Origin: an uncultured Gemmatimonadales bacterium
GTDB taxonomy: Bacteria > Gemmatimonadota > Gemmatimonadetes > Gemmatimonadales > GWC2-71-9
Direction of reading: 5' to 3'
DNA: 64,000 bases
Assembly: GCA_963821525.1 (NCBI GenBank)
Contig: CAWGED010000005.1
Coordinates: 196,675-260,674 of the forward strand
The notes below the pieces were generated by a model. It did not search any database. It was given only the letters and a program-made list of their open reading frames with translations, and had not been told where the DNA came from. Below, piece after piece: positions 41,119 to 51,289 of the stretch (positions are counted from its first letter, which is position 1; each line of letters opens with the position of its first letter). The position numbers and the translations under genes are program-made.

Positions 41119-41717
41119 AGGCCCGCCTCGTGAAAATAGGGACGCAATGCGTCCCGCAATTTCTGCATTCCCAGTCGCATCCGTGTCTTGACCGTCCCCA
41201 GCGGCTCCGCGAGTCGCTCGGCGATTTCCGATTGCGACAACCCTTCGAAATAGGCAAGCTCGATCGCCTGTCGTTGCGGTGGCGAAAGGTCCGCGAGCGC
41301 GATTGCCACACGCTTGCGGCGCTCGTCGGATTCAACCGCATCGCCCGGCTTCTCCGGCCATCCACCCATCGCCGGGGAGGACGTCGGGTTCTCCCGCGCC
41401 GCCGTCTCAGTGATTCGGGTTCGCCGCTGGCGCGAACGGACCAGATCGAGGGCCCGGCTCCGGGTCATCATCGTGAGCCAGGCGGCCACCGATCCCCGTT
41501 CGCCTTCGAAGCGGGCCGCGCCGCGCCAGGCCTGGGCGAAAGCCTCGAGCACGACCTCTTCCGCATCGGCTCGCTGGCCGAGCATACGGTACGCCACGGC
41601 GTACAGAGTGGGTCCGTATTTGTCGTAGAGGGAAGCCGCCGCGCGTTCGTCGCCTGCTGCCATCTGAGCAACCAGGTCGGCGTCCCGCACTCCGGTGGAG
41701 GTGGTGAGATCGGCCAT
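41115..41717 (-). CDS. ECF (sigma-70 family) RNA polymerase sigma factor
   Basis: Region 2 (LYAVAYRMLGQRADAEEVVLEAF) and region 4 (LSPPQRQAIELAYFEGLSQSEIAERLAEPLGTVKTRMR). Overlaps the anti-sigma start by 4 nt. Confidence 0.9.
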   Translation of the reverse strand: MADLTTSTGVRDADLVAQMAAGDERAAASLYDKYGPTLYAVAYRMLGQRADAEEVVLEAFAQAWRGAARFEGERGSVAAWLTMMTRSRALDLVRSRQRRTRITETAARENPTSSPAMGGWPEKPGDAVESDERRKRVAIALADLSPPQRQAIELAYFEGLSQSEIAERLAEPLGTVKTRMRLGMQKLRDALRPYFHEAGL

Positions 41718-41875
41718 CTGCGCTCGGGCGCGCGAGCTCCGCACAACTGAGGTGACGTGCAACACCGGAACGGTGTCCATCAGTCTATACCCCAGTGCGG
41801 AGCCGCCACAAGACGGCAGCATGCGGTCGCCTCTCCTCTACCGGTCATTTCCTACGCACGGGGCGGCGGTTCAGA

Positions 41876-42337
41876 TCAGTGGACGGTCTTTTCTCCGTCG
41901 TCGCCGGTGAACAGGAGACTCGCTGAGCGGCCGGCGAAGCGAGCCTGCACGATGTTGACCTGATCGGAGAACAACTCGTTGTGAATGGCATTTCGTAAAT
42001 GAGCGCCTGCCAGGCCGCCGGGAACATCGGCCTCCATCGTGATCCAGGTGAGGTCGCCCGTGGCACGGCGGCCGATCCAGTTCATGGCGACCGGAACTCC
42101 CGCTGCCGTCCTGAGGCCGAGGTGAGTCCTGACATACCGGGACAGGAGGGTGTCTTCCGCGGACGGCGAGATGGCGGCCCCCGCTTGCACGGCCGTGTTG
42201 AGGTCGTCGCTGAACGCACGGACTACAATCGTCACTCGCTTTCCACCCGGCTGTTCGACCAGCTCGGTCAATGTGGTGTGCAGCGGGTGCAGGGCGGCAA
42301 CCAGCAATGGAGCCATGAGGAATCGCAGGTCTACCAT
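41876..42337 (-). CDS. DUF6702-like protein
   Basis: HPLHTTLTELVEQPGGKRVTIVVRAFSDDL resembles the HPxH..T..-type N-terminus of proteins encoded next to HupE-like genes. Family call is from memory. Confidence 0.5.
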   Translation of the reverse strand: MVDLRFLMAPLLVAALHPLHTTLTELVEQPGGKRVTIVVRAFSDDLNTAVQAGAAISPSAEDTLLSRYVRTHLGLRTAAGVPVAMNWIGRRATGDLTWITMEADVPGGLAGAHLRNAIHNELFSDQVNIVQARFAGRSASLLFTGDDGEKTVH

Positions 42338-42933
42338 GGCAGCCTCTCTGCAACCATGCGGGACCCGAGCAGTAGTACGAGGCAGCTGACCGCCGTGATG
42401 CGAATCCGAAGCGGAGTCCACCGGCTCCAGACCACGCCGCGGCGCAGGGCGCCATCCAGGGCAGTCAGCGCCGCACCAGCTGCGACCAGTACTACGATTT
42501 GCCCCAGCTCGATCCCGATGTTGAAGCCGAACAGTGGGACCACGATGTGGTCCATGAACAGCCTTTGCAGGTATTCGGCAAACCCGGCGCCGTGAACCAG
42601 ACCAAACAGTGCCGCAAAACCGGCGCGCCAGCGGGTCGGTCGTGCCACCCCCTCACCCGCATGGGTGAAGACGTTGCTCGCCGCGGTCATCACGATCGTG
42701 ACCGGAATCAGGAACTCGATCCAGCGGATCGGCAGCACCAGCGCCCCGGTGGCAGCGAGAACCAGGGTGACCGAGTGGCCCACCGTGAACGCTGTTATGA
42801 CCCACAACGCATCCCGCCAATCCTGCCGCCGGTAGATGGCAGCGAGGGCGAGGAGAAAGAGGATGTGGTCCAGGGCTTCGCGGTTCACGATGTGACCGAA
42901 GCCGAGCTGGATGTAGGTTGTCAGTTCGGACAT
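42331..42933 (-). CDS. HupE/UreJ-family membrane protein
   Basis: GFGHIVNREALDHILFLLALA, TVGHSVTL, GLVHGAGFA; six hydrophobic segments. Confidence 0.7.
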   Translation of the reverse strand: MSELTTYIQLGFGHIVNREALDHILFLLALAAIYRRQDWRDALWVITAFTVGHSVTLVLAATGALVLPIRWIEFLIPVTIVMTAASNVFTHAGEGVARPTRWRAGFAALFGLVHGAGFAEYLQRLFMDHIVVPLFGFNIGIELGQIVVLVAAGAALTALDGALRRGVVWSRWTPLRIRITAVSCLVLLLGSRMVAERLPW

Positions 42934-42946
42934 GGTGGTATTAGCT

Positions 42947-43013
42947 GCAGCCGTCAGCCGTCAGCCGTCAGCCATAAGCTCACGCGTCGAGCTTACGGCT
43001 TACGGCCTATGGC
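42947..43013. repeat. 7-nt periodic inverted-repeat element L (GCCGTCA/GCCATAA vs CTTACGG/CTATGGC; related to C)
   Basis: gccgtca x3 gccataa gctc acgcgtcg agc ttacggc ttacggc ctatggc. Confidence 0.9.
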
Positions 43014-44262
43014 CCCGTAAAAGGGATTGATCTCCTTCGCCATCTCCAACCGCTCCCGCGACAGCAACGAATCCCCCAGTGCCGCAGCGATCTGGCCGGC
43101 ATGCCAGTAGAGCATCGCGTCGCGAGTGCCTTGTGACAGGGCCTGCTCGACGAGCGGAGCCGCTTCGATATCGCGGCCCGACTGGTGTAAGGCCCAGGCG
43201 ACGAGGTCGTAACCGTAGACATCCTTGCGCGTGCGCAGTTCCTCGCTTGCCTTTCGCAGCACAAGAGGAACATCCCGGCCGTGATCCAGCAGGAAGAGGG
43301 ACCAGGCTCTGTGAAAGGCGCCGGGCTGCTGGCTCACCGATACTTCCATCGCCTTGGCGTATTCCGCGGCCTTCGCGGTGTCGCCCTCCGCCGCATAGCA
43401 ATCGCTGAGGAGTCCCAGCGTCGCTGGGTCCAGCACGTTCGCGATCGCCCGTTCGCCGAAACGAATCGCGCCCGACCAATCCTTCTTTGCCGCGTGGAGC
43501 CGTGCCTCAGCACCAAGCAGCCGGTAGTCTTCGGGTGCTTCGCTCAATCCAGAGGCGAATGCCTTGCCAGCCTCGCGGAGCCTTCCCCGACGAAGTTCCA
43601 GATCACCAATTCGCAGATCGAACCAGGCGAGCTGCTCGGCAGGGACGCGGAAGCCGTTGTCCAGGTCGCGACGCACCGAGCGCAGCAGGTCCAGGGCCTC
43701 CACCGGCCTGCCTTCCAACTCGAGCCAGCGGGCGTAGCGGGGCGCCAGTGCCGGTGCATAGCGCTGAGTCGCGATCGTGGAGAAGAGCCGCTTCGCTTCC
43801 TCGTAATGCCCCAGTTCGAGCGCGATCTCGCCCAACATCGCGCGTGTGCCGGGCTCCGAGGAGTCGGCCGCAACCAGTGCCTTCGCCGTCGTGTACGCCT
43901 CGGTGAATCGGTGTTCGGCCAGCAGGGCCGAAGCGAGGAGTGCTGCGGCCTCGCCGTTTCTCCTCGCGCGATGACGATAAGAGGTGCGGGCCGCGTCTTC
44001 CGCTCGAAGCAGGTCCTGATAACTCCCGGTTTCTCGCGCCCGCGCGAGATAAAGGCTGCCGAGCATTGCAAGGTCGCGTGCGCCGTAGGGATCGCGGGCC
44101 ACCCGGGCCTGGTAGAAGGCGATGTCCTGTTCTCGGATCTCGGCGGGAAGGCGGGAAGGTGGTACGGCGGGACGCTTGCTCGTCCGCATGGTGAAACGAC
44201 CAGCCAAGCAGACCAGCGGACGCCAACATGGTAAGAATTCCAAACTGCAGTCGACGAGTCAT
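42993..44262 (-). CDS. TPR-repeat protein with N-terminal signal anchor; frame broken near 44165-44195
   Basis: Multiple TPR-like helices (YGARDLAMLGSLYLARARETG..., GHYEEAKRLF...). The anchor MTRRLQFGILTMLASAGLLGW lies in the frame of ORF 43603..44262. Confidence 0.65.
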
Positions 44263-44362
44263 CGCCAGGTACTCCCAGTCGCAAGAGCCATCGGTTGGTG
44301 ATCAGCGCCGAAGCGGACGGGTGGGCGTTGTGACCGTCCAGCCCGTCCGCCTTCCCGCCCGC

Positions 44363-44950
44363 CTAGTTCGGCGGCGCCAGATACGGGAAGCTCGCCGAGA
44401 ACGGCGAGTCGCTCGCCACGTTATCAGTTGTCAGAGCCGGCGTAGTGTGGGTCGGATCGGCGCCAAACGGATCGCCGAAGATCGCGAGCAGCGCGAGATC
44501 CACTACGTCGTCATCCAGCTTCCGCCCACCCCAGCCGTTCACCAGCGGCGGCAGGTCCACGATGTTGAGCCAGCTGGCGGTATTGGTCGGCTTGTCGGTC
44601 TGGACTACCAGCACATCCGGCAGCAACACGCTGCCCAGCGCGCTGATGTATGCGGGATCGCGTCCCGCGACGGTGGTCACGAAATTCACCACCTTGGGCG
44701 CCACCAGAGCCGCATCCTGGTCGGGGCCGATCGAGCCATGCAGCGAGTGGTCCCGCTTGTCGAGCAGCACTTCGCTGATCAGAGGATTGCCCAGCCGCTG
44801 GACCTGGTTGAAGGCCTGGTTGGGATCGGGGCCGGCGGTGCCACCGCTGTTGCTATCGTCGCTGCAGGCGCCGGCCAGCAGCGCAAGCCCGAGCGCGAGG
44901 CCGGGCAGGACCACGCGGCGCAGGGCCGGCAAATCGATGGAGTTCTTCAT
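44363..44950 (-). CDS. lipoprotein matching the C-terminal half of DUF4331
   Basis: Lipobox LALLAGAC|SDD. RLGNPLISEVLL...GRKLDDDVVDLAL. The ATG at 44980 is an alternative start. Confidence 0.65.
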   Translation of the reverse strand: MKNSIDLPALRRVVLPGLALGLALLAGACSDDSNSGGTAGPDPNQAFNQVQRLGNPLISEVLLDKRDHSLHGSIGPDQDAALVAPKVVNFVTTVAGRDPAYISALGSVLLPDVLVVQTDKPTNTASWLNIVDLPPLVNGWGGRKLDDDVVDLALLAIFGDPFGADPTHTTPALTTDNVASDSPFSASFPYLAPPN

Positions 44951-44994
44951 GAGAGCTATCCTCGGAGTCGGGTCAGTCATGGTGTGGGAGGTCT

Positions 44995-45723
44995 TCAGCG
45001 GCTGATGGTGCCCCAGATGTTGAGCTTGCCGGGCGCTCCATTCTCAAGCATCGAGCTGGGCAGCTCGACCACGATCGAAAGCACGTTGAAGCCTTCGATG
45101 TAGTTCACCCCGGGATTCCGGAAGGCGGCACCGCCGGGGAGTGCGCAGGGCTGTGAGAGGGCACCGGTCGAAGGACGCCGGTCAGGCAGGATGCAGAAGG
45201 CCGCCTCGAGATCGAGGAAGAACGAATCGTCCCGGGGGCCGGCGAAGGCCTGAATGCCGCTGGCCGAACCAAGATTGGTGTTGAAAGCGCCACTCAGGTC
45301 CGTGGCGCCGAAGTCGATCACGTTCATCATGGCGCCGGTTACCGTCGGCGTGAACGGACCGCGGACGTGAACCGTCTGGCTGGTGGTTTTGCCGTCGAAG
45401 GTGACCTGAATGACCTTGTCTTCGACGTAGTCTCCATCGTTGTCCACCTTGAACTGATAGAGAATGTTCGGATCGAACGCGGCGGACCCGGTCTGACCCG
45501 GGCTGAGGAATCCGCTGGTATTCATGACCAGCACGATTCTGCCCGGGGCCGAGCCGGGGAACGCGTACACGTCGGTGAGATCCATTCGGGGGTTGAGTTC
45601 CACCAGAGGAGTGTCCTGGTGGTCCGAGCCCGCCAGCAGTCTCACGCCGCCGGCCAGTGCGCCGGTGAGGACGAGGATTGCGGCGAGCCGCTGGGTGCGT
45701 GGAAGGGCGCGCCAAGGGTACAT
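44995..45723 (-). CDS. secreted protein matching the N-terminal half of DUF4331
   Basis: GSDHQDTPLVELNPRMDLTDVYAF...ILYQFKVDNDGDYVED...NVLSIVVELP. Confidence 0.7.
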   Translation of the reverse strand: MYPWRALPRTQRLAAILVLTGALAGGVRLLAGSDHQDTPLVELNPRMDLTDVYAFPGSAPGRIVLVMNTSGFLSPGQTGSAAFDPNILYQFKVDNDGDYVEDKVIQVTFDGKTTSQTVHVRGPFTPTVTGAMMNVIDFGATDLSGAFNTNLGSASGIQAFAGPRDDSFFLDLEAAFCILPDRRPSTGALSQPCALPGGAAFRNPGVNYIEGFNVLSIVVELPSSMLENGAPGKLNIWGTISR

Positions 45724-45850
45724 GACCGGACTCCTGGAGATGAGAGTGACGAAGCCTGGGACCGTCGGCGACGGAGACCGTCTCCTTCGCCTGCGCCCCA
45801 TCTACGCCCGTCACCGGGGTCCGGATCTATGGCCTATGTATGAGTGGAAA

Positions 45851-45965
45851 GGACTGGGACTGAGGACTGAGAGGTAGCGAGTACCTGGTACCGAGTACCG
45901 AGTACCGAGAAGCTCAGCTTACCGCTCACCGCTTACCGCTCACCGCTTACCGCTTACCGTTCACC
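45851..45965. repeat. element M: three consecutive heptamer arrays (GACTGAG, GAGTACC, CTTACCG/CTCACCG), not a simple hairpin
   Basis: ggactgg gactgag gactgag | gagtacc tggtacc gagtacc gagtacc | cttaccg ctcaccg cttaccg ctcaccg cttaccg cttaccg. Confidence 0.85.
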
Positions 45966-47064
45966 ACTCCCAGAACCGCTCCGGCCTCACCGCTTCGAGG
46001 TGTTCGATCTCGTTCTCACCCGAAATCAGTCGCGCAATCATCACGGCGGTAATCCCCGCGAGGAGAATGCCGTTTCGTCCGTGTCCGGTCGCATACCAGA
46101 GACCACGGGCTCGTGGCTCTTTCCCGATGATCGGCAAGCCATCTGGGGTGCCGGGTCTGAGGCCAGCCCAGGTTCGAGTGACTTCCGCCTGAGCCAGGGA
46201 AGGACAGAGTCCGCTCGCAGTCGTGAAGATGCTGGCGAGACCGGCGGCGCTGACCTGGGTGTCGAAGCCCGCGTTCTCCATTGTGCTGCCGAGAATCGCT
46301 TCACCATCACGGGCAACGATGTAGCCGCCGTTACCTACGACGATGGCGTTGGGGACTCCTTTGGGCCATGCGGTGGCTGCCATCTGGCCCCGAACCGGTT
46401 CCACCGACAGCGGCCGGGGCAATCCGCCGAGATTCTTGGACCAAGCTCCCGCGGCGATGATGACGTCCCCGGCTGAATAGCGTTGGGCTCCGCGGACTCC
46501 GATTACCAGATCTCCCCGCCGCTCCACCTCGCTTACTTCCTCAGTGACCACCTCGGCCCCAAGACGCCGGGCATCGGTCAACAGTCCCTCGACCAGGCGC
46601 TCCGGGTGAAGAGCAGCATCGTTGGGCGCCCACAAGGCCCCGTGGGTTGGGCCCAGCCAGGGCCATCTTCCCTTAACTTCAGCAGCATCGAACCAGTCAC
46701 AGACATGGCCCTGCTGTCGCTGCCACGCCACCTTGGACCGGAGCACAACGGTCTCTGCCTCGGTGCTGGCGACCCGAGCAATGCCGGATTCCCACCATCC
46801 GATGTCGATTCCGGTTTCAGCTTTCAGGGAGGCGGCGAGGCTCTGGTAGTATTCCCGGCCGGCCAGGCCGAGCTCGAAGAGAGGGTCTTCGGCGCCGGCA
46901 TCGACCTGGGGAGCCAGCATTCCGGCGGCGGCGCGCCATCCTTCGCCGGAAGAGATGCCCCGCTCGCACACGAGGACCCGGCGGCCGGCCAACGCGAGTT
47001 CCCGGGCGCATGCGGCCCCTACTGCGCCGCCCCCGACCACGATAACATCGTACGCTGTAGTCAC
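45961..47064 (-). CDS. thiO: FAD-dependent oxidoreductase, glycine oxidase ThiO-like
   Basis: YDVIVVGGGAVGAACARELA (dinucleotide fold), C-terminal GHGRNGILLA. Confidence 0.65.
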   Translation of the reverse strand: MTTAYDVIVVGGGAVGAACARELALAGRRVLVCERGISSGEGWRAAAGMLAPQVDAGAEDPLFELGLAGREYYQSLAASLKAETGIDIGWWESGIARVASTEAETVVLRSKVAWQRQQGHVCDWFDAAEVKGRWPWLGPTHGALWAPNDAALHPERLVEGLLTDARRLGAEVVTEEVSEVERRGDLVIGVRGAQRYSAGDVIIAAGAWSKNLGGLPRPLSVEPVRGQMAATAWPKGVPNAIVVGNGGYIVARDGEAILGSTMENAGFDTQVSAAGLASIFTTASGLCPSLAQAEVTRTWAGLRPGTPDGLPIIGKEPRARGLWYATGHGRNGILLAGITAVMIARLISGENEIEHLEAVRPERFWEW

Positions 47065-47137
47065 TTAGGGCTCGACGAAACTTTCTGAAACGCAGTGCGT
47101 ATGAGTCGCTGCCCGCAACATCCCGGAGGAAAGTAGC

Positions 47138-47353
47138 ATGATAAGGAATATGCTCGGCTTCGCGGCGCTGGCCGTGGTCGCGATGATAGCCATCAAATTC
47201 ATCTTCAGCATCTTCGGCATCATCGTGAGCCTGTTCATGGCCTTGGTGTGGTTCGCTTTTGTAGGGTTTCTGATCTACATGGTGCTTCGCGTGCTCAGTC
47301 CCAGCACCGCAGATCGAGTCAAGGAGATGATTTCAGGCAAACCCGTAGTGTGA
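47138..47353 (+). CDS. small membrane protein (2 TM helices)
   Basis: GGAGGA Shine-Dalgarno 8 nt upstream. Hydrophobic 71-aa product, followed by a terminator. Confidence 0.6.
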   Translation: MIRNMLGFAALAVVAMIAIKFIFSIFGIIVSLFMALVWFAFVGFLIYMVLRVLSPSTADRVKEMISGKPVV

Positions 47354-47372
47354 TGACGAGTTCCTCCGGCAA

Positions 47373-47410
47373 AGCGCCCGGTCTCACGGCCGGGCGCTGT
47401 TGTTTCTGGC
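47373..47410 (+). terminator. rho-independent terminator
   Basis: AGCGCCCGG (47373-47381) / CCGGGCGCT (47390-47398), then GTTGTTTCT. Confidence 0.7.
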
Positions 47411-47695
47411 TGATCCTTCCGATCTAATTTCCCGAAGCACTGTGGGCGTGGACAATTTTGATGCGGCGTAACGAGGAACTCCGCCGCGACGGTTCCCATT
47501 GGCGGTGATGAGCACCGCCGGATCATAGAGGGAATCTGCCCGCTCCAATCGAGCGTCGGCTGTAAGCGCCTCAGTCACGAGGTCGGTGATCTGATCTGCG
47601 GCCTGTGTGTTGAGTGGCGTTGGGGAATGTGAGGGGGACGACTTGGCACAGGCCAAGCCGATGACCAGGATGGCGGGGAGGAGACTACCTCGCAT
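47384..47695 (-). CDS. short lipoprotein, possibly a truncated remnant
   Basis: Lipobox VIGLAC|AK. The C-terminal 30 residues look off-composition. Confidence 0.35.
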   Translation of the reverse strand: MRGSLLPAILVIGLACAKSSPSHSPTPLNTQAADQITDLVTEALTADARLERADSLYDPAVLITANGNRRGGVPRYAASKLSTPTVLREIRSEGSARNNSARP

Positions 47696-48644
47696 CCAGC
47701 CGATCGAACACGGCCCAGGTGAGGAGGGGAAACATGATTTCGTGATGTCCGGTGATCTGCATCCCGATACCCGACGGCCGGGTCGGTCGTTCGACCACGT
47801 TCACCTGAGGACGGTAGTGCCGTTGCATGTCGAAGTCGGCGGCGACGAACCCGGTTGGACGTCCCTGATCCAGATTGCGCGCCACGCTTAACGCCTTGAC
47901 GAAAACTTCCGGCAGGATGACCGCGCTGCCCAGGTTGATCACCACTCCGCCGTCGTCGAGGCTCGCGAGCGATGCAGCCAGCCGTTTGAAGTCACGATGA
48001 CTCGTGGCGCCCAAAGCCGCTCCATCAGCCGATGGGTGCTGATGGATCACGTCGCTGCCGAGCGCTACGTGAACCGTGATCGGGACCGCTGCCTGCCGCG
48101 CGCCGAGCAGGATGGAGGCTTCCGCGCCGGGTAGTGCGCTGCGCCGGGAGAGCGCATCGGCCAGTCCCTCTCCAAGTCCGAAGTCACCGCGCTGCCGCCT
48201 GCCGAGGCCGCCTGGTTCATCGCGGCTCCGGTCTCCTCGGCCATGCCGAAACTGCCATCCGCCAGCCCCGACTCGACATCCTCGCTGGTCTGGCCAAATG
48301 CCGCGAGCTCGAAATCGTGGATCGCCGCTGCACCGTTCAGTGCGACGTGGGTGACGATCCCTCGACGGAGCCACTCGACGACCAACGGCCCCAGCCCGAC
48401 CTTGGCGACGTGACCTCCGATCAGGAAGAGAACCCCACGCTGTTGTTTCTTCGCGTGAGCGAGTGCTGCAATCAGCAGCCCGCAGGTTACGGGCCGCCAG
48501 CACGTCGGGAAGCGACTCGAGGAAGGCGTGGAAGGAGCGGTCGGCTCCGGGCACCGACGCTAGAAGGGAGGTGTCGACCTTCGTGGGGCGGTTCCCGACC
48601 GGAACCGTCCTCACCCGGGTCAGGTCCACCTCCCGGTAGTGCAC
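47685..48644 (-). CDS. conserved protein, tentatively deoxyhypusine-synthase-like fold; at least two frame breaks (near 48455-48475 and 48183-48200)
   Basis: The middle third of the listed 319-aa ORF is Arg-rich junk. Good sequence lies in other frames (LLIAALAHAKKQQRGVLFLIGGHVAKVGLGPLVVEWLRRGIVTHVALNGAAAIHDFELA...). Family assignment is from memory only. Confidence 0.4.
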   Translation of the reverse strand: MHYREVDLTRVRTVPVGNRPTKVDTSLLASVPGADRSFHAFLESLPDVLAARNLRAADCSTRSREETTAWGSLPDRRSRRQGRAGAVGRRVAPSRDRHPRRTERCSGDPRFRARGIWPDQRGCRVGAGGWQFRHGRGDRSRDEPGGLGRRQRGDFGLGEGLADALSRRSALPGAEASILLGARQAAVPITVHVALGSDVIHQHPSADGAALGATSHRDFKRLAASLASLDDGGVVINLGSAVILPEVFVKALSVARNLDQGRPTGFVAADFDMQRHYRPQVNVVERPTRPSGIGMQITGHHEIMFPLLTWAVFDRLDAR

Positions 48645-48646
48645 GC

Positions 48647-49410
48647 TCAGCTGCCTGCGGTAGTACCGTCGGGGAGTTTCATCGAGATCAGGCGCAAAGT
48701 CACGCTCCCGAAGGGGAGCTTCGACTTGATCTGTACCGGGATCCTTCGCTCGTCATCGGTAAGCCAGAGCTTGGCTTCGGCCCGCGGAGCGAAGAGACCG
48801 TCGCTGCCAACCGCTGGGCTCAGCACCAGGCATTGCACCTTCTTGCCATCGGGCAGCTCCATCTCCTCCCGCTTCTCCACCTTGATTACCACCGGATTCA
48901 GATCCTTCCGGAAGTACCGGTTGTACTTGTAGGTCTGCCCTTTTTCCAAGGGGATGGTGCGGAGAAAGTAGAAGAAGGCGGCGTCGTCCAGCGGATCGGC
49001 CACAGTAGATCCGGTGTCGCCGTGCGTCGTCTGGATCCAGGTAGAGTCAGGGTAGATCTCGAATTTGCGTTGCTTGGGCTTTCCGTTCTCATCCAGGTCC
49101 TGGTAGAACCGGCGGGAAATCATGTCGCTGGTTCCAGTCCACGAAGTGAGAACGCTCGTCAGGTCTTGTAGAAAGGAGCCGAAGCATCGAGCCCGAACAC
49201 GAACACGAAGGATTCAACTCCACGCACCGTATCGATGCCGGTCACCGCCATCCGCGCCGTCCCCAGCCGGAGAACTCCCAGCTTGGCGGAGTACTCGAAC
49301 TCCTCGCCGACGGCGAAGGGATAAGCGCCCACCGGATGGGCCGGTGGTGGTGAAGGCACGAACGCTACGCTCGCGCCCAGCAGCGAAAGGGCGAGGGCGA
49401 TGGCTTTCAT
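48647..49410 (-). CDS. DUF3108 domain protein; frame broken near 49145-49160
   Basis: Signal peptide plus GEEFEYSAKLGVLRLGTARMAV (ORF 49159..49410), continuing in ORF 48647..49123. Confidence 0.65.
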
Positions 49411-50204
49411 GAGGTTGCCTCCTGCAATTCGTTCGACTCGGAGGGCGGACCGCCGGGGCCTGACGACTCGGCTCGCGGTCCGCTCCGAATTCGGAGCCGC
49501 CGGCCGTTCCGCCAGAGCTCCTTCGCATATCCCCAGGGATCGACCCGACTTGGCCGCTCCCGCAGATCATGTCTTTCCACTGTCTGTACCACGTCCACGC
49601 GCCGGGCCTGTTGTGCCGCTCGGGCGAACAACTCGGCGTTGGCAGTCCATCCATCGGTAGTGATGAGGCTGCCTCCCGATGCCCGAATCGCGTTGCGCAG
49701 ACAGATCAGACGGATTGCGCCGCAGCCCGAGACGACGTCGGTCGACCCGGGGATCGAGAGACCCGGGAGCAGAAAGCGCGCGGCTTTCCGCACCCACCGG
49801 CGACCTCGCGAGGGCTCGCCCTGTACCGTGGCTCGGGTGACGACCACATCGGCCCCGCTGTCCAGGCGCCGAACAAGTTCGGGCAGGCACTCGGGGCTGT
49901 GGGCGAAGTCCGCGTGGAGAAGTATGGCGGCGTCCCGCTTCGGACGGTCCGAGCGCTCCAGCGCGGCTCGAATCAGTTCCTCGACTGAACCGCCGTAACC
50001 GCGACGCTCGCCGTGCCGAATCACGGTCAGCGGCAAGGCCTTGGCATACGGCTCCAGCACTTCGGCGGTGGGATCGGTCGATCCATCATCCACCACAAGC
50101 AACTGGTATTCTCGCGGGAACTCCTCGAACACCCGCCGGATTTTCCAGAGCACGAGGCCCACGGTCGAGGCTTCGTTGTAGCTCGGTATGCAGACGTAAA
50201 TCAT
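49407..50204 (-). CDS. family 2 glycosyltransferase
   Basis: VCIPSYNEASTVG...LLVVDDGSTDPT. Confidence 0.85.
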   Translation of the reverse strand: MIYVCIPSYNEASTVGLVLWKIRRVFEEFPREYQLLVVDDGSTDPTAEVLEPYAKALPLTVIRHGERRGYGGSVEELIRAALERSDRPKRDAAILLHADFAHSPECLPELVRRLDSGADVVVTRATVQGEPSRGRRWVRKAARFLLPGLSIPGSTDVVSGCGAIRLICLRNAIRASGGSLITTDGWTANAELFARAAQQARRVDVVQTVERHDLRERPSRVDPWGYAKELWRNGRRLRIRSGPRAESSGPGGPPSESNELQEATS

Positions 50205-50210
50205 TTGCCT

Positions 50211-51287
50211 TCAATCATCTGAGACGAGGGAACGATACACAGGGAGATGCTCACTTGCCATCCTTTCATCACTGAATACCACGGTCCGGTGGCGGCCTGC
50301 TGTCGTAAGCCTCTCTCGTTCAACCGGATCGGCCAGAATCCGTTCGACGGCCGCGGCGATTTGATCGGGTCTGCCCTTGGAGCAAATCACTCCAGCCTGA
50401 GTTCCCACAATCTCGGGCAATCCTCCGGCATCGGTGGTCACTACAGGCACGCCGAGTGCCATCGCATCGAGAACCGAAGTGCCTAGGCCTTCTTCACTTG
50501 AGCTCATGACGAAGACATCTGCGTCGGCAATGAGCGACACTCCATCGGGAATCGTTCCCAGAAGGTGGACAACTCCCGTAAGGCCTGCCTCTGCTACCTG
50601 CACTTCAATTTCGTTTCTAAGGGGTCCGTCACCCGCGACTACCCAATGCAGGTCGGGCAGGCGGGGCCGGAGCAGGCGGGCGGTCTCGACTAGTGTGTGA
50701 TGATCCTTGTGCCCGACCAGTGCCGCCACGTTGACGGCGATCCGGCAGTTGTGTCCCAAGCCGAGCGACTCTCGAATATTGAGCGGCTGAGTTTCGGCAT
50801 GGTGGCTTGGAGATCGATGCCCGAGTGGATGACGGAGATCCGGTCGGGCGCGACTCCACTCGTGATCAGCACTTCCCGAACGGCCTGCGATATCGCAATG
50901 ACGCGATTGGCCTGTCGCCAGGGCCAGGGCCGCCGAAGCGGAAAGTCCACTCGGCGAGTTGCGACGAGGGCTGCACCGGTCCAGCGGGCACAGAGTGCGG
51001 CAAGAGCGAGAGCATGGCCGTCGTGGGCGTGGAGAATCGGGCGGACGCTACCACGCGTGACGCGAAGGAGCGGCAGAATCACCCGCGGGTCGAGTCCTGC
51101 GCTCCACGGTACCGATTCGACCGATACTCCGGCGCTCCGGAGCCGGCGTTCGAGCTCGCTGTTGCGCGGAAGTTATCACTGTCTGGCTCAGGTCCCGCTC
51201 GCGGCCCAGCGCGCGGGCAAGCAGTAGAACCTGGCGCTGCCCCCCTCGCCATTCGCGACCGGAGGCAACGTGGATGATACGCGGCAT
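50211..51287 (-). CDS. family 1/4 glycosyltransferase; frame breaks near 51165-51178 and 50785-50800
   Basis: Three collinear ORF pieces. C-terminal SSEEGLGTSVLDAMALGVPVVTTDAGGLPEIV. Confidence 0.8.
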
Positions 51288-51289
51288 CC

